Shown here: positions 29,912 to 42,288 of the stretch, in pieces
Position numbering within the stretch: position 1 is the first letter of the stretch
Layout: every line of letters begins with the position of its first letter
Assembly (NCBI RefSeq): GCF_030013205.1
Contig: NZ_CP122648.1
DNA length: 64,000 nucleotides
Strand: one strand, 5' to 3'
From: Escherichia coli
GTDB lineage: Bacteria; Pseudomonadota; Gammaproteobacteria; Enterobacterales; Enterobacteriaceae
Program-made: the position numbers and the translations under genes
Notes under the pieces: model-generated
The model's database searches: none
The model's input: only the letters and a program-made list of their open reading frames with translations
Told to the model about the DNA's origin: nothing

Positions 29912-31566
29912 TCCGCGCGACCGCGCGCCAGCCACAGCACGCGTGAGAACATTTTTTTCAGCAGCGTCGGTACGGAATCCACACCACGACGTCCTGCCTC
30001 CATTGCCACTTCAATGGCAAGATCGGGTTTGGAAGAGCGATGGATCGCTTTCGAGATAATTTTGCGCAGATTCATCGGTACATTTTCCGGGATTTGCGCC
30101 ACGCGGTGGAACACATCGGAAAATCCCTGGCGATACATAAAATGTTCCATATCCAGCGCCGGTAACGCCGTTAAATGTTCTCGTTCGGCTTCCCGATCGT
30201 TATTCAACAGGCTGCGTACCGTAGCGGCATATTTCTTCCCTGCCTCATCGCCATCGACCAGTACATGCCATTCAATCCCCATTCGCCGGGCAAATTTAAC
30301 CAGTGGCTTTAGCCCGGACTGGGCAAACTCAATGACCTTGATCCCTTCGGCATCAAAATGATGTCCGCACTGACGCGCCAGTTCATTGATAACCCAGGTT
30401 TCCGTTTCGCCTTCCACCAGCAGCCAGCAGCGTGCAAACAGCGATGACGGACGATTAAAACGAATGTGGAAAGAGATGCGTCGGCTGTCTTCGGTACTCA
30501 AACCACTCGGCCCCAGACGCCAGGCGGCAACGCGCGAGGACTCACGTACCAGTCGGCAAACATGTTCTACCGGCGTTAACGAAAGCAGCTCGCCAGAGTT
30601 GGTGGTGGCAATGCGCTGCAATGGCAGAAGATTCAACAGATGCCAGGCAACTGAAAGCATAATGGGGTGTAAACGGGTTTCTGGATCTTCGATCAGCAAC
30701 AATGGACGGGCGTCTTTATCCAGTCGCAATGTGCCTTTTGCCTGCAACAAAGTAGCAAACAGGCCGAGCAAAATAACCCGATACGAGCGCCCTCCTGGTC
30801 GGTCAATCATCCGGTTGATGATATCCAGATAGCGCCAGCTTCGTTGCTCATTGCTGGCTCGCCGCCGCATTAAACGATATCGCGCCTGTCCGGCCCCCTG
30901 CTCAGAGAAATAATGCTCAAGCAGCTGTACCATTGCGGAAAGTCCCTGACGAATCTGTCCATCAGAGAGATTTTGCGGATGTGAGGACAACTCACGGGCG
31001 AGGAAATCGAGCTGGCGCGCGGTGACTTCCACATTGGGGACATTTGGCACCGTGCCGTTACGAATACGGCGCATAAAACGGGCATCACGCAAGCGCAGCA
31101 CCGGCATTAAACGCACCAGATGGCGTGCCTGATCGTTAATATCCTCGACATCAATCGGATGTCCGTCTTTATCGAGAAAACTGCGCAGTGTCATCACGCT
31201 GCCGTCTTCCGCACTCTCCCCTTCCAGACGATAAAAAATACGGTGATAGCCATCGGTGCATGGCGTCCAGCACGCTTCCAGCGGCCGATAGCGGCGAACC
31301 CGATGTCGGCCTGGCAGCGATTCGCGGAAGGTCAAAATAATATGCAGATGATGTTCTCGCCCGTTGATATCTCCCGGCGGGAACCAGAAATCGTCGCGCT
31401 CAAAATGGTAGAGATCTAATTCTGGCGATAGCAGCAGGGTTAAGGCGTCCAGCAAGCTGGATTTACCCCACGCGTTCTCCCCAATCAGGACGTTGTTTTG
31501 TTCCAGCATCAACGACAAACGGTTGATACCGCGAAAACCCACAATTTCAACGCGCTCAAGAATCAT
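29908..31566 (-). CDS. ybjD: OLD-family ATPase-like protein YbjD
   Basis: 552 aa; N-terminal AAA ATPase (GENAWGKSS). Confidence 0.9.
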   Translation of the reverse strand: MILERVEIVGFRGINRLSLMLEQNNVLIGENAWGKSSLLDALTLLLSPELDLYHFERDDFWFPPGDINGREHHLHIILTFRESLPGRHRVRRYRPLEACWTPCTDGYHRIFYRLEGESAEDGSVMTLRSFLDKDGHPIDVEDINDQARHLVRLMPVLRLRDARFMRRIRNGTVPNVPNVEVTARQLDFLARELSSHPQNLSDGQIRQGLSAMVQLLEHYFSEQGAGQARYRLMRRRASNEQRSWRYLDIINRMIDRPGGRSYRVILLGLFATLLQAKGTLRLDKDARPLLLIEDPETRLHPIMLSVAWHLLNLLPLQRIATTNSGELLSLTPVEHVCRLVRESSRVAAWRLGPSGLSTEDSRRISFHIRFNRPSSLFARCWLLVEGETETWVINELARQCGHHFDAEGIKVIEFAQSGLKPLVKFARRMGIEWHVLVDGDEAGKKYAATVRSLLNNDREAEREHLTALPALDMEHFMYRQGFSDVFHRVAQIPENVPMNLRKIISKAIHRSSKPDLAIEVAMEAGRRGVDSVPTLLKKMFSRVLWLARGRAD

Positions 31567-31991
31567 ACCCCCTCCAGAAATATGTGACTTATCCTTTACG
31601 CTGGCAGTATAACGGGAAAGGCCTTGCTAATACGTGATGACATCACATTTAAGCATGGCAAATGTCTGAAAAATGAGCGAATAATCGCGTTATACTCCCT
31701 CTTGCTGATAAGCCTGCAAAAACAACAAAATCAAATAATTAGCATGATAAATTATTTTTTATTACGCCTAAAGGATTAAATCTTTCGCTTGCACTACACT
31801 GTCAATCAGACAAATGACTATATGGGGCAACCCGCTGTTGCCCTAAATCAAATTTACTGGATTTATTTATCTGGCGAATGATTTGCCTTCGTTTTTAAAA
31901 TAGCCGCGCATTATTTCCGTCGTCACTTTTTTACGACGACCCTATAAAACGACCATATTTTTCACAGGGTCAATTTTTAATTGAGGTGGAT

Positions 31992-32687
31992 ATGTTCAGA
32001 AAATTAGCAGCTGAATGTTTTGGTACTTTCTGGCTTGTTTTTGGTGGCTGTGGTAGTGCCGTACTGGCCGCAGGCTTCCCGGAATTAGGCATTGGTTTTG
32101 CCGGCGTGGCGCTGGCATTCGGTCTGACCGTTCTGACGATGGCCTTTGCTGTTGGTCATATTTCTGGTGGTCATTTTAACCCGGCGGTCACTATTGGTTT
32201 ATGGGCTGGCGGACGTTTCCCGGCAAAAGAAGTCGTTGGCTACGTAATTGCCCAGGTTGTCGGCGGTATTGTTGCGGCGGCGCTGCTGTATTTAATTGCC
32301 AGTGGTAAAACGGGTTTTGACGCGGCAGCCAGCGGTTTTGCTTCTAACGGTTATGGCGAGCATTCGCCAGGCGGTTATTCCATGCTTTCCGCGCTGGTAG
32401 TTGAACTGGTATTGAGTGCAGGTTTCCTGCTGGTGATCCACGGCGCAACCGAGAAATTCGCTCCTGCTGGTTTTGCGCCGATCGCTATTGGTCTGGCCTT
32501 AACCCTGATTCACTTAATCAGTATTCCGGTGACTAACACTTCTGTTAACCCGGCGCGCAGCACCGCGGTTGCTATCTTCCAGGGCGGCTGGGCATTAGAA
32601 CAACTGTGGTTCTTCTGGGTGGTGCCAATTGTCGGCGGTATTATCGGTGGTCTGATTTACCGGACTCTACTGGAAAAGCGTAATTAA
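31992..32687 (+). CDS. aqpZ: Aquaporin Z
   Basis: 231 aa [21 protein letters not shown]...; two NPA motifs. Confidence 0.95.
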   Translation: MFRKLAAECFGTFWLVFGGCGSAVLAAGFPELGIGFAGVALAFGLTVLTMAFAVGHISGGHFNPAVTIGLWAGGRFPAKEVVGYVIAQVVGGIVAAALLYLIASGKTGFDAAASGFASNGYGEHSPGGYSMLSALVVELVLSAGFLLVIHGATEKFAPAGFAPIAIGLALTLIHLISIPVTNTSVNPARSTAVAIFQGGWALEQLWFFWVVPIVGGIIGGLIYRTLLEKRN

Positions 32688-32697
32688 TTAACGCAGA

Positions 32698-32726
32698 AGG
32701 CCTGGCGCAATGTCAGGCCTTTTTTA
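32698..32726 (+). terminator. Rho-independent terminator of aqpZ
   Basis: aggcctggcgcaatgtcaggcct followed by T6. Confidence 0.7.
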
Positions 32727-32769
32727 AATATATTGATTCATCTTCCTGTTGCGCTCCTTGATGTGTTAA

Positions 32770-33020
32770 GCCACATATAGTCACTGGCGCAGGGAGCGCG
32801 CAGGGGGCGGCCAATCGCCGCCGCCCCCTGCACCCCCGGGCTCTGGCGAACAAAATCGCCGCTGCGCGGTGCCCTCGACTTATCCCTTACGGCTACCGGG
32901 TCGGGCGCGAGGTAACATCCCTGTAAAACGCGCCCTCAGCCCACATCCATGTGGGCTGCCCCGGCCTTCAGGGAACGCCTCGGCGATTTTGACGCCACCA
33001 ACACCGGTGCGGTTTGTAAT
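32770..33020. repeat. GC-rich structured intergenic element with nested inverted repeats
   Basis: Hairpins gggggcggc..gccgccccc and gcccacat..atgtgggc enclosed by a long-range inverted repeat ggcgaacaaaatcgccg / cggcgattttgacgcc. Confidence 0.4.
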
Positions 33021-33170
33021 TAAAACGCAAGAATATCTTTAAATGAAAATGAATACCCTACCGATCCTTATGCATAACATTTCCTTTTAATTGCAACTTT
33101 ACTCGCCCTTCCGCTTTCAGTAGTGTGTCATCGCGCATTTCGACTTCATCTTTGCAAGGACTGGGTTTTC

Positions 33171-34070
33171 ATGTTTTCTGGGCTGTTAATCATTCTGGTT
33201 CCCCTGATTGTGGGTTACCTCATTCCTCTTCGCCAAAAAGCTGCATTAAGAGTTATTAATCAGCTATTAAGCTGGATGGTTTACCTTATTCTCTTTTTTA
33301 TGGGTATCAGTCTGGCGTTTCTCGATAACCTCGCCAGTAACCTGTTGGCGATTCTGCATTATTCTGCTGTCAGTATTACCGTTATTTTACTGTGTAATAT
33401 TGCCGCCCTTATGTGGCTGGAGCGCGGTCTGCCGTGGCGCAACCACCACCAGCAAGAAAAACTCCCGTCGCGTATTGCGATGGCGCTGGAGTCGCTAAAA
33501 CTGTGCGGCGTAGTAGTGATTGGTTTTGCCATTGGCCTGAGTGGACTGGCTTTCTTACAACACGCGACCGAAGCCAGTGAATACACCTTAATTCTGCTAC
33601 TTTTCCTCGTCGGTATTCAGTTGCGCAATAATGGCATGACCTTAAAGCAGATTGTCCTTAATCGCCGGGGAATGATTGTCGCCGTGGTGGTGGTTGCCAG
33701 TTCATTAATTGGTGGTTTAATTAACGCCTTTATTCTTGATCTTCCCATCAATACCGCGCTGGCAATGGCCTCTGGTTTCGGCTGGTATTCTCTTTCCGGT
33801 ATTTTATTGACTGAATCTTTTGGTCCGGTAATCGGGAGCGCGGCGTTTTTTAATGATCTGGCCCGTGAGCTGATTGCAATTATGTTGATCCCTGGGCTGA
33901 TTCGCCGCAGCCGCTCTACCGCACTGGGCTTATGCGGTGCGACGTCGATGGATTTCACCCTGCCCGTTCTTCAACGTACTGGCGGGCTGGATATGGTCCC
34001 GGCGGCAATTGTTCACGGTTTTATTCTTAGCCTGTTAGTGCCGATCCTCATCGCCTTTTTCTCTGCGTAA
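33171..34070 (+). CDS. lysO: Lysine exporter LysO (YbjE)
   Basis: 299 aa from MFSGLLIILVPLIVGYLIPL. Confidence 0.9.
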   Translation: MFSGLLIILVPLIVGYLIPLRQKAALRVINQLLSWMVYLILFFMGISLAFLDNLASNLLAILHYSAVSITVILLCNIAALMWLERGLPWRNHHQQEKLPSRIAMALESLKLCGVVVIGFAIGLSGLAFLQHATEASEYTLILLLFLVGIQLRNNGMTLKQIVLNRRGMIVAVVVVASSLIGGLINAFILDLPINTALAMASGFGWYSLSGILLTESFGPVIGSAAFFNDLARELIAIMLIPGLIRRSRSTALGLCGATSMDFTLPVLQRTGGLDMVPAAIVHGFILSLLVPILIAFFSA

Positions 34071-34213
34071 TACCTCTCTGGCGGTAGATCCCTGCCGCCA
34101 AAATTGCGCTAAATCAATCTCCCTTAAAGTTGCATGAAAAATCCCTTTTATCCCTGCGTTAAGCGTCTTAACCTTAAACATGTATATTAAATATAACTTT
34201 AAAAGGTGTGATC

Positions 34214-35866
34214 ATGTTTTGTGTGCAATGTGAACAAACTATCCGTACTCCGGCAGGAAACGGCTGCTCATACGCGCAGGGGATGTGTGGTAAAACGGCG
34301 GAAACCTCTGACCTTCAGGATTTACTCATCGCGGCGCTGCAAGGGCTTTCGGCCTGGGCGGTAAAAGCGCGTGAATACGGCATCATCAACCACGATGTAG
34401 ACAGCTTTGCGCCACGCGCATTTTTCTCAACCCTGACCAACGTTAACTTCGATTCTCCGCGTATAGTCGGCTACGCTCGTGAAGCGATTGCCCTGCGCGA
34501 GGCGCTGAAAGCACAATGCCTGGCTGTAGATGCCAACGCCCGCGTCGATAACCCGATGGCTGACCTGCAACTGGTGAGCGATGATCTCGGCGAGCTGCAA
34601 CGTCAGGCAGCAGAATTTACCCCTAACAAAGATAAAGCGGCGATTGGCGAAAACATTCTCGGCCTGCGTCTGCTGTGCCTGTATGGCCTGAAAGGTGCGG
34701 CGGCCTATATGGAACACGCACACGTTCTCGGTCAATACGACAATGATATTTACGCCCAGTACCATAAAATCATGGCGTGGCTGGGGACCTGGCCTGCCGA
34801 TATGAACGCGCTTCTTGAGTGTTCAATGGAAATCGGCCAGATGAACTTCAAAGTGATGAGCATTCTGGATGCAGGCGAAACCGGTAAATACGGTCACCCG
34901 ACGCCAACCCAGGTCAACGTCAAAGCGACGGCGGGTAAATGCATTCTGATTTCCGGTCACGATCTCAAAGATCTCTACAACCTGCTGGAACAGACCGAAG
35001 GCACGGGCGTTAATGTCTACACCCACGGCGAAATGCTGCCTGCGCATGGCTACCCGGAGCTGCGTAAATTCAAGCATCTGGTCGGTAACTACGGCAGCGG
35101 CTGGCAGAATCAGCAAGTGGAGTTCGCTCGTTTCCCTGGCCCCATCGTGATGACCTCGAACTGCATCATCGACCCAACCGTAGGCGCTTATGACGATCGT
35201 ATCTGGACCCGCAGCATCGTTGGCTGGCCGGGTGTGCGTCATCTGGATGGCGAAGATTTCTCTGCGGTCATCGCCCAGGCGCAACAAATGGCGGGCTTCC
35301 CGTACAGCGAAATTCCGCACCTGATCACCGTAGGCTTTGGTCGTCAAACGCTGCTTGGCGCAGCGGATACGCTGATTGATCTGGTAAGCCGTGAAAAACT
35401 GCGTCATATCTTCCTGCTTGGCGGCTGTGACGGCGCACGCGGCGAGCGTCACTACTTCACCGATTTCGCCACCAGCGTGCCGGATGACTGTCTGATCCTG
35501 ACTCTCGCCTGTGGTAAATATCGCTTTAACAAACTCGAGTTTGGCGATATCGAAGGTCTGCCGCGTCTGGTAGATGCTGGTCAGTGTAACGATGCTTACT
35601 CAGCGATTATTCTGGCGGTAACGCTGGCAGAGAAACTGGGCTGCGGAGTCAACGATCTGCCGCTGTCGCTGGTGCTCTCGTGGTTTGAACAGAAAGCGAT
35701 TGTCATTCTGCTGACACTGCTTTCTCTGGGTGTGAAAAATATCGTCACCGGCCCGACTGCACCTGGTTTCCTGACACCAGACCTGCTGGCGGTGCTGAAC
35801 GAGAAATTCGGCCTGCGTTCTATCACCACTGTTGAAGAAGACATGAAGCAACTGTTGAGCGCGTAA
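34214..35866 (+). CDS. hcp: Hydroxylamine reductase (hybrid-cluster protein)
   Basis: 550 aa [27 protein letters not shown]... Confidence 0.95.
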   Translation: MFCVQCEQTIRTPAGNGCSYAQGMCGKTAETSDLQDLLIAALQGLSAWAVKAREYGIINHDVDSFAPRAFFSTLTNVNFDSPRIVGYAREAIALREALKAQCLAVDANARVDNPMADLQLVSDDLGELQRQAAEFTPNKDKAAIGENILGLRLLCLYGLKGAAAYMEHAHVLGQYDNDIYAQYHKIMAWLGTWPADMNALLECSMEIGQMNFKVMSILDAGETGKYGHPTPTQVNVKATAGKCILISGHDLKDLYNLLEQTEGTGVNVYTHGEMLPAHGYPELRKFKHLVGNYGSGWQNQQVEFARFPGPIVMTSNCIIDPTVGAYDDRIWTRSIVGWPGVRHLDGEDFSAVIAQAQQMAGFPYSEIPHLITVGFGRQTLLGAADTLIDLVSREKLRHIFLLGGCDGARGERHYFTDFATSVPDDCLILTLACGKYRFNKLEFGDIEGLPRLVDAGQCNDAYSAIILAVTLAEKLGCGVNDLPLSLVLSWFEQKAIVILLTLLSLGVKNIVTGPTAPGFLTPDLLAVLNEKFGLRSITTVEEDMKQLLSA

Positions 35867-35877
35867 GGAGTTTGTCG

Positions 35878-36846
35878 ATGACGATGCCAACGAATCAATG
35901 CCCGTGGCGGATGCAGGTTCATCACATTAAGCAAGAAACGCCGGATGTGTGGACGATTTCCCTGATTTGCCACGATTACTACCCATATCGCGCCGGGCAA
36001 TATGCACTGGTCAGCGTGCGTAACTCAGCCGAAACGCTGCGTGCTTACACCATTTCCTCCACGCCAGGCGTGAGTGAATACATCACCCTGACTGTGCGGC
36101 GGATTGATGACGGTGTCGGCTCCCAGTGGCTGACGCGCGATGTAAAACGCGGTGATTATCTCTGGCTTTCGGACGCGATGGGGGAATTTACCTGCGACGA
36201 TAAAGCAGAAGATAAATTCCTGTTGCTGGCGGCAGGCTGCGGCGTCACGCCGATTATGTCGATGCGTCGCTGGCTGGCGAAGAACCGTCTGCAGGCCGAT
36301 GTGCAGGTGATCTACAACGTGCGTTCGCCGCAGGATGTTATTTTCGCCGATGAGTGGCGCAACTATCCGGTGACGCTGGTGGCAGAAAATAACGTTACCG
36401 AAGGCTTTATCGCTGGTCGTCTCACTCGCGAACTGCTGGCAGGTGTCCCTGACTTAGCTTCACGTACCGTGATGACCTGCGGCCCGGCTCCGTATATGGA
36501 TTGGGTAGAGCAGGAAGTGAAAGCGCTCGGCGTGACGCGTTTCTTTAAAGAGAAATTCTTCACCCCAGTAGCGGAAGCGGCGACCAGCGGTCTGAAATTC
36601 ACCAAACTGCAACCGGCACGAGAATTTTACGCCCCGGTTGGCACCACGCTACTGGAGGCGCTGGAAAGCAATAACGTTCCGGTTGTCGCCGCCTGCCGTG
36701 CAGGTGTTTGCGGCTGCTGTAAGACAAAAGTGGTTTCCGGTGAATATACGGTAAGCAGCACAATGACGCTGACCGACGCCGAAATCGCTGAAGGTTACGT
36801 ACTGGCCTGCTCCTGCCATCCGCAGGGAGATTTGGTTCTCGCATAA
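35878..36846 (+). CDS. hcr: NADH oxidoreductase Hcr
   Basis: 322 aa MTMPTNQCPWRMQVHHIKQETPDVW...; C-terminal 2Fe-2S cysteine cluster. Confidence 0.93.
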   Translation: MTMPTNQCPWRMQVHHIKQETPDVWTISLICHDYYPYRAGQYALVSVRNSAETLRAYTISSTPGVSEYITLTVRRIDDGVGSQWLTRDVKRGDYLWLSDAMGEFTCDDKAEDKFLLLAAGCGVTPIMSMRRWLAKNRLQADVQVIYNVRSPQDVIFADEWRNYPVTLVAENNVTEGFIAGRLTRELLAGVPDLASRTVMTCGPAPYMDWVEQEVKALGVTRFFKEKFFTPVAEAATSGLKFTKLQPAREFYAPVGTTLLEALESNNVPVVAACRAGVCGCCKTKVVSGEYTVSSTMTLTDAEIAEGYVLACSCHPQGDLVLA

Positions 36847-36978
36847 TCGCCTTATGCCCGATGATATTCCTTTCATCGGGCTATTTAACCGTTAGTGCCT
36901 CCTTTTTCTCCCATCCCTTCCCCCTCCGTCAGATGAACTAAACTTGTAACCGTTATCACATTCAGGAGATGGAGAACC

Positions 36979-38697
36979 ATGAAACAAACGGTTGCAGCTT
37001 ATATCGCCAAAACACTCGAATCGGCAGGCGTGAAACGCATCTGGGGAGTCACGGGCGACTCTCTGAACGGTCTTAGTGACAGTCTTAATCGCATGGGCAC
37101 CATCGAGTGGATGTCCACCCGCCATGAAGAAGTGGCGGCCTTTGCCGCTGGCGCTGAAGCACAACTTTCAGGAGAACTGGCGGTCTGTGCCGGATCGTGC
37201 GGCCCCGGAAACCTGCACTTAATCAACGGCCTGTTTGATTGCCACCGCAATCACGTTCCGGTACTGGCGATTGCCGCTCATATTCCCTCCAGCGAAATTG
37301 GCAGCGGCTATTTCCAGGAAACCCACCCACAAGAGCTATTCCGCGAATGTAGTCACTATTGCGAGCTGGTTTCCAGCCCGGAGCAGATCCCACAAGTGCT
37401 GGCGATTGCCATGCGCAAAGCGGTGCTTAACCGTGGCGTTTCCGTTGTCGTGTTACCGGGCGACGTGGCGTTAAAACCTGCGCCAGAAGGGGCAACCTCG
37501 CACTGGTATCATGCGCCACAGCCAGTCGTGACGCCGGAAGAAGAAGAGTTACGCAAACTGGCGCAACTGCTGCGTTATTCCAGCAATATCGCCCTGATGT
37601 GTGGCAGCGGCTGCGCGGGGGCGCATAAAGAGTTAGTTGAGTTTGCCGGGAAAATTAAAGCGCCTATTGTTCATGCCCTGCGCGGTAAAGAACATGTCGA
37701 ATACGATAATCCGTATGATGTCGGAATGACGGGATTAATTGGCTTCTCGTCAGGTTTCCATACCATGATGAACGCCGACACGTTAGTGCTACTCGGTACT
37801 CAGTTCCCCTACCGCGCCTTCTACCCGACCGATGCCAAAATCATTCAGATTGATATCAACCCAGCCAGCATCGGCGCTCACAGCAAGGTGGATATGGCAC
37901 TGGTCGGCGATATCAAGTCGACTCTGCGTGCATTGCTGCCATTGGTGGAAGAAAAAGCCGATCGCAAGTTTCTGGATAAAGCGCTGGAAGATTACCGCGA
38001 CGCCCGCAAAGGGCTGGACGATTTAGCTAAACCGAGCGAGAAAGCCATTCACCCGCAATATCTGGCGCAGCAAATTAGTCATTTTGCCGCCGATGACGCC
38101 ATCTTTACCTGTGACGTTGGTACGCCAACGGTGTGGGCGGCACGTTATCTGAAAATGAACGGCAAGCGTCGTCTGTTAGGTTCGTTTAACCACGGTTCGA
38201 TGGCTAACGCCATGCCGCAGGCGTTGGGTGCGCAGGCAACCGAGCCGGAACGTCAGGTGGTCGCCATGTGCGGCGATGGCGGTTTTAGCATGTTGATGGG
38301 CGATTTCCTCTCAGTAGTGCAGATGAAACTGCCGGTGAAAATTATCGTCTTTAATAACAGCGTGCTGGGCTTTGTGGCGATGGAGATGAAAGCCGGAGGC
38401 TACCTGACAGACGGTACTGAGCTGCACGACACCAACTTTGCCCGCATTGCCGAAGCGTGCGGAATTACGGGTATTCGCGTGGAAAAAGCCTCTGAAGTCG
38501 ATGAAGCCCTGCAACGCGCCTTTTCCATCGACGGTCCGGTGCTGGTGGATGTGGTGGTCGCCAAAGAAGAATTAGCCATTCCACCGCAGATCAAACTCGA
38601 ACAGGCCAAAGGTTTCAGCCTGTATATGCTGCGCGCAATCATCAGCGGACGCGGCGATGAAGTGATCGAACTGGCGAAAACAAACTGGCTAAGGTAA
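36979..38697 (+). CDS. poxB: Pyruvate oxidase (ubiquinone), thiamine-diphosphate enzyme
   Basis: 572 aa [32 protein letters not shown]... Confidence 0.95.
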   Translation: MKQTVAAYIAKTLESAGVKRIWGVTGDSLNGLSDSLNRMGTIEWMSTRHEEVAAFAAGAEAQLSGELAVCAGSCGPGNLHLINGLFDCHRNHVPVLAIAAHIPSSEIGSGYFQETHPQELFRECSHYCELVSSPEQIPQVLAIAMRKAVLNRGVSVVVLPGDVALKPAPEGATSHWYHAPQPVVTPEEEELRKLAQLLRYSSNIALMCGSGCAGAHKELVEFAGKIKAPIVHALRGKEHVEYDNPYDVGMTGLIGFSSGFHTMMNADTLVLLGTQFPYRAFYPTDAKIIQIDINPASIGAHSKVDMALVGDIKSTLRALLPLVEEKADRKFLDKALEDYRDARKGLDDLAKPSEKAIHPQYLAQQISHFAADDAIFTCDVGTPTVWAARYLKMNGKRRLLGSFNHGSMANAMPQALGAQATEPERQVVAMCGDGGFSMLMGDFLSVVQMKLPVKIIVFNNSVLGFVAMEMKAGGYLTDGTELHDTNFARIAEACGITGIRVEKASEVDEALQRAFSIDGPVLVDVVVAKEELAIPPQIKLEQAKGFSLYMLRAIISGRGDEVIELAKTNWLR

Positions 38698-38733
38698 AAA
38701 GGGTGGCATTTCCCGTCATAATAAGGACATGCC

Positions 38734-39735
38734 ATGATTGATTTACGCAGTGATACCGTTACCCGACCGAGCCGCGCCATGCTCGAAGCGATGATGGCCG
38801 CCCCGGTTGGGGACGACGTTTACGGAGACGACCCTACCGTTAATGCTCTGCAGGACTATGCAGCAGAGCTTTCCGGTAAAGAAGCCGCCATTTTTCTGCC
38901 TACCGGCACTCAGGCCAACCTGGTCGCTCTGCTCAGTCACTGTGAACGCGGCGAAGAGTATATTGTCGGTCAGGCCGCGCATAACTATCTGTTTGAAGCC
39001 GGTGGCGCGGCGGTGCTGGGCAGTATTCAACCGCAACCCATCGACGCGGCTGCCGACGGCACGCTACCGCTGGATAAAGTGGCGATGAAGATCAAACCCG
39101 ATGATATCCATTTCGCCCGCACCAAATTACTCAGTCTGGAAAACACCCACAACGGCAAAGTGCTGCCGCGGGAATACCTGAAAGAAGCATGGGAATTTAC
39201 TCGCGAGCGCAATCTGGCGCTGCATGTTGACGGTGCACGCATCTTTAATGCCGTGGTGGCTTACGGCTGCGAACTGAAAGAGATCACGCAATATTGTGAT
39301 TCGTTCACCATTTGCCTGTCGAAAGGTCTTGGGACGCCAGTCGGCTCGTTACTCGCCGGTAATCGTGATTACATTAAACGCGCCATCCGCTGGCGGAAAA
39401 TGACCGGTGGCGGGATGCGCCAGTCCGGCATTCTGGCTGCCGCCGGGATGTATGCCCTGAAAAATAACGTCGCGCGCTTACAGGAAGACCACGACAACGC
39501 CGCCTGGATGGCGGAGCAGTTACGTGAAGCAGGCGCGGATGTGATGCGTCAGGACACCAATATGCTGTTTATTCGCGTCGGGGAAGAAAATGCTGCCGCG
39601 TTAGGCGAATACATGAAAGCGAGAAACGTGCTGATTAACGCCTCGCCGATTGTCCGCCTGGTGCCCCATCTTGACGTCTCGCGCACTCAGCTGGCGGAAG
39701 TCGCCGCCCACTGGCGCGCATTCCTGGCGCGTTAA
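38734..39735 (+). CDS. ltaE: Low-specificity L-threonine aldolase
   Basis: 333 aa [39 protein letters not shown]... Confidence 0.93.
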   Translation: MIDLRSDTVTRPSRAMLEAMMAAPVGDDVYGDDPTVNALQDYAAELSGKEAAIFLPTGTQANLVALLSHCERGEEYIVGQAAHNYLFEAGGAAVLGSIQPQPIDAAADGTLPLDKVAMKIKPDDIHFARTKLLSLENTHNGKVLPREYLKEAWEFTRERNLALHVDGARIFNAVVAYGCELKEITQYCDSFTICLSKGLGTPVGSLLAGNRDYIKRAIRWRKMTGGGMRQSGILAAAGMYALKNNVARLQEDHDNAAWMAEQLREAGADVMRQDTNMLFIRVGEENAAALGEYMKARNVLINASPIVRLVPHLDVSRTQLAEVAAHWRAFLAR

Positions 39736-39745
39736 GGAGGGAGAC

Positions 39746-41176
39746 GTGCCGCAACGCATTTTAGTTCTCGGTGCCAGTGGCTACATTGGTCAGCATCTGG
39801 TGCGAACTCTCAGCCAGCAAGGGCATCAGATCCTGGCGGCGGCACGTCATGTCGACAGGCTTGCAAAGCTGCAACTGGCAAACGTCAGTTGCCATAAAGT
39901 CGATCTCAGCTGGCCGGATAACCTTCCGGCCCTGTTGCAGGATATCGATACGGTCTATTTTCTGGTGCACAGCATGGGCGAAGGCGGCGATTTTATCGCT
40001 CAGGAGCGCCAGGTGGCTCTCAACGTCCGCGATGCGCTACGTGAAGTCCCAGTTAAGCAATTAATCTTTCTCAGTTCGTTGCAGGCCCCGCCACATGAGC
40101 AGTCGGACCATCTGCGTGCCCGTCAGGCTACGGCGGATATTCTTCGTGAAGCGGGTGTCCCGGTGACCGAATTGCGTGCCGGAATAATCGTTGGTGCAGG
40201 TTCAGCGGCGTTCGAAGTCATGCGCGATATGGTCTACAACCTGCCAGTGTTAACGCCGCCACGCTGGGTTCGTTCACGCACCACGCCCATCGCGCTGGAA
40301 AACTTGCTGCACTATCTGGTGGCGCTGTTAGATCATCCGGCCAGCGAACATCGCATCTTCGAAGCCGCCGGACCAGAAGTGCTCAGTTATCAGCAACAGT
40401 TTGAACATTTTATGGCGGTGAGCGGTAAGCGCCGCTGGTTGATCCCCATCCCCTTTCCGACCCGCTGGATTTCGGTGTGGTTTCTCAATGTGATTACTTC
40501 CGTACCGCCCACCACCGCCAAAGCGTTGATTCAGGGGCTGAAACATGATCTGCTGGCGGATGACACCGCGCTACGTGCACTCATCCCACAACGGCTGATC
40601 GCTTTCGATGACGCGGTACGTCGCACCCTGAAAGAGGAAGAAAAGCTGGTTAACTCCAGCGACTGGGGCTACGACGCTCAGGCCTTTGCCCGCTGGCGAC
40701 CGGAGTACGGTTATTTCGCCAAACAGGCGGGGTTTACCGTTAAAACGTCCGCCAGCCTTGCGGCTTTATGGCAGGTGGTGAATCAAATCGGCGGTAAAGA
40801 GCGTTATTTCTTTGGCAATATTTTGTGGCAAACCCGGGCGTTGATGGACCGCGCGATCGGTCATAAGTTAGCGAAAGGCCGCCCGGAGCGTGAATATTTG
40901 CAGACCGGAGATGCGGTGGATAGCTGGAAAGTGATTGTCGTTGAACCGGAAAAACAACTTACGCTGTTATTTGGCATGAAAGCGCCGGGGCTGGGACGAC
41001 TGTGTTTTACCCTGGAAGATAAAGGTGACTATCGTACTATCGATGTTCGCGCATTCTGGCATCCGCACGGTATGCCGGGGCTGTTTTACTGGTTATTGAT
41101 GATCCCCGCGCATCTGTTTATTTTTCGCGGAATGGCAAAACGAATCGCCAGACTGGCAGAACAAAGCACAGATTAA
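39746..41176 (+). CDS. ybjT: NAD(P)-binding oxidoreductase YbjT
   Basis: 476 aa from a GTG start ([18 protein letters not shown]) with GGAGGG SD; Rossmann GxxGxxG. Confidence 0.85.
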   Translation: MPQRILVLGASGYIGQHLVRTLSQQGHQILAAARHVDRLAKLQLANVSCHKVDLSWPDNLPALLQDIDTVYFLVHSMGEGGDFIAQERQVALNVRDALREVPVKQLIFLSSLQAPPHEQSDHLRARQATADILREAGVPVTELRAGIIVGAGSAAFEVMRDMVYNLPVLTPPRWVRSRTTPIALENLLHYLVALLDHPASEHRIFEAAGPEVLSYQQQFEHFMAVSGKRRWLIPIPFPTRWISVWFLNVITSVPPTTAKALIQGLKHDLLADDTALRALIPQRLIAFDDAVRRTLKEEEKLVNSSDWGYDAQAFARWRPEYGYFAKQAGFTVKTSASLAALWQVVNQIGGKERYFFGNILWQTRALMDRAIGHKLAKGRPEREYLQTGDAVDSWKVIVVEPEKQLTLLFGMKAPGLGRLCFTLEDKGDYRTIDVRAFWHPHGMPGLFYWLLMIPAHLFIFRGMAKRIARLAEQSTD

Positions 41177-41274
41177 TCGACAAAACCTGCGTTATTCTTT
41201 CATGTTTCCCATTGCATCATGGGGGAAATCACGGAAGAATGCGCACGTCATTTTCTCAACAACAGTGGATTGAT

Positions 41275-42288
41275 ATGAAGGTACTGGTTACCGGCGCCAC
41301 CAGCGGCTTAGGTCGAAACGCGGTAGAGTTTTTATGCCAGAAAGGCATCAGCGTGCGAGCGACCGGTCGCAACGAGGCAATGGGTAAATTGCTGGAAAAA
41401 ATGGGCGCAGAGTTTGTTCCGGCGGATCTGACCGAGCTGGTCTCATCACAAGCTAAAGTGATGCTCGCGGGCATTGATACGCTGTGGCACTGCTCCAGCT
41501 TTACCTCGCCCTGGGGGACACAACAGGCTTTCGATCTGGCTAACGTTCGCGCCACTCGCCGCCTGGGTGAATGGGCTGTCGCCTGGGGTGTGCGTAACTT
41601 TATTCATATCTCTTCCCCCTCCCTGTACTTCGATTATCACCACCATCGCGATATTAAAGAAGATTTTCGCCCTCACCGCTTCGCCAACGAGTTTGCCCGC
41701 AGCAAAGCAGCCAGCGAAGAGGTGATCAATATGCTTTCGCAGGCGAATCCACAAACGCGCTTTACTATTCTGCGCCCACAAAGTCTGTTCGGACCGCACG
41801 ATAAAGTCTTTATTCCCCGTCTGGCGCATATGATGCACCACTATGGCAGCATTCTGTTACCGCACGGCGGCAGTGCGCTGGTGGATATGACCTACTATGA
41901 AAATGCCGTGCACGCCATGTGGCTGGCAAGCCAGGAAGCCTGCGATAAGCTACCTTCCGGGCGTGTGTACAACATCACCAATGGCGAGCATCGCACACTG
42001 CGCAGCATCGTGCAGAAGCTGATCGACGAGTTGAATATTGACTGTCGTATTCGTTCCGTCCCCTACCCGATGCTGGATATGATCGCCCGCAGCATGGAGC
42101 GTTTAGGCCGCAAGTCAGCAAAAGAGCCGCCGCTGACCCACTACGGCGTCTCCAAGTTGAATTTTGACTTTACGCTGGATATTACGCGTGCGCAGGAAGA
42201 GTTAGGTTATCAACCAGTCCTCACCCTGGATGAAGGTATCGAGAAAACTGCCGCCTGGCTACGCGACCACGGAAAACTGCCGCGCTAA
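41275..42288 (+). CDS. ybjS: NAD-dependent epimerase/dehydratase-family protein YbjS
   Basis: 337 aa from [19 protein letters not shown]. Confidence 0.88.
   Translation: MKVLVTGATSGLGRNAVEFLCQKGISVRATGRNEAMGKLLEKMGAEFVPADLTELVSSQAKVMLAGIDTLWHCSSFTSPWGTQQAFDLANVRATRRLGEWAVAWGVRNFIHISSPSLYFDYHHHRDIKEDFRPHRFANEFARSKAASEEVINMLSQANPQTRFTILRPQSLFGPHDKVFIPRLAHMMHHYGSILLPHGGSALVDMTYYENAVHAMWLASQEACDKLPSGRVYNITNGEHRTLRSIVQKLIDELNIDCRIRSVPYPMLDMIARSMERLGRKSAKEPPLTHYGVSKLNFDFTLDITRAQEELGYQPVLTLDEGIEKTAAWLRDHGKLPR

Noticed and set aside
39650-39745. Longer ybjT reading frame starting inside ltaE
   Set aside because: The extension overlaps the ltaE 3' end; a GTG start at 39746 with a GGAGGG SD reproduces the expected 476 aa protein.
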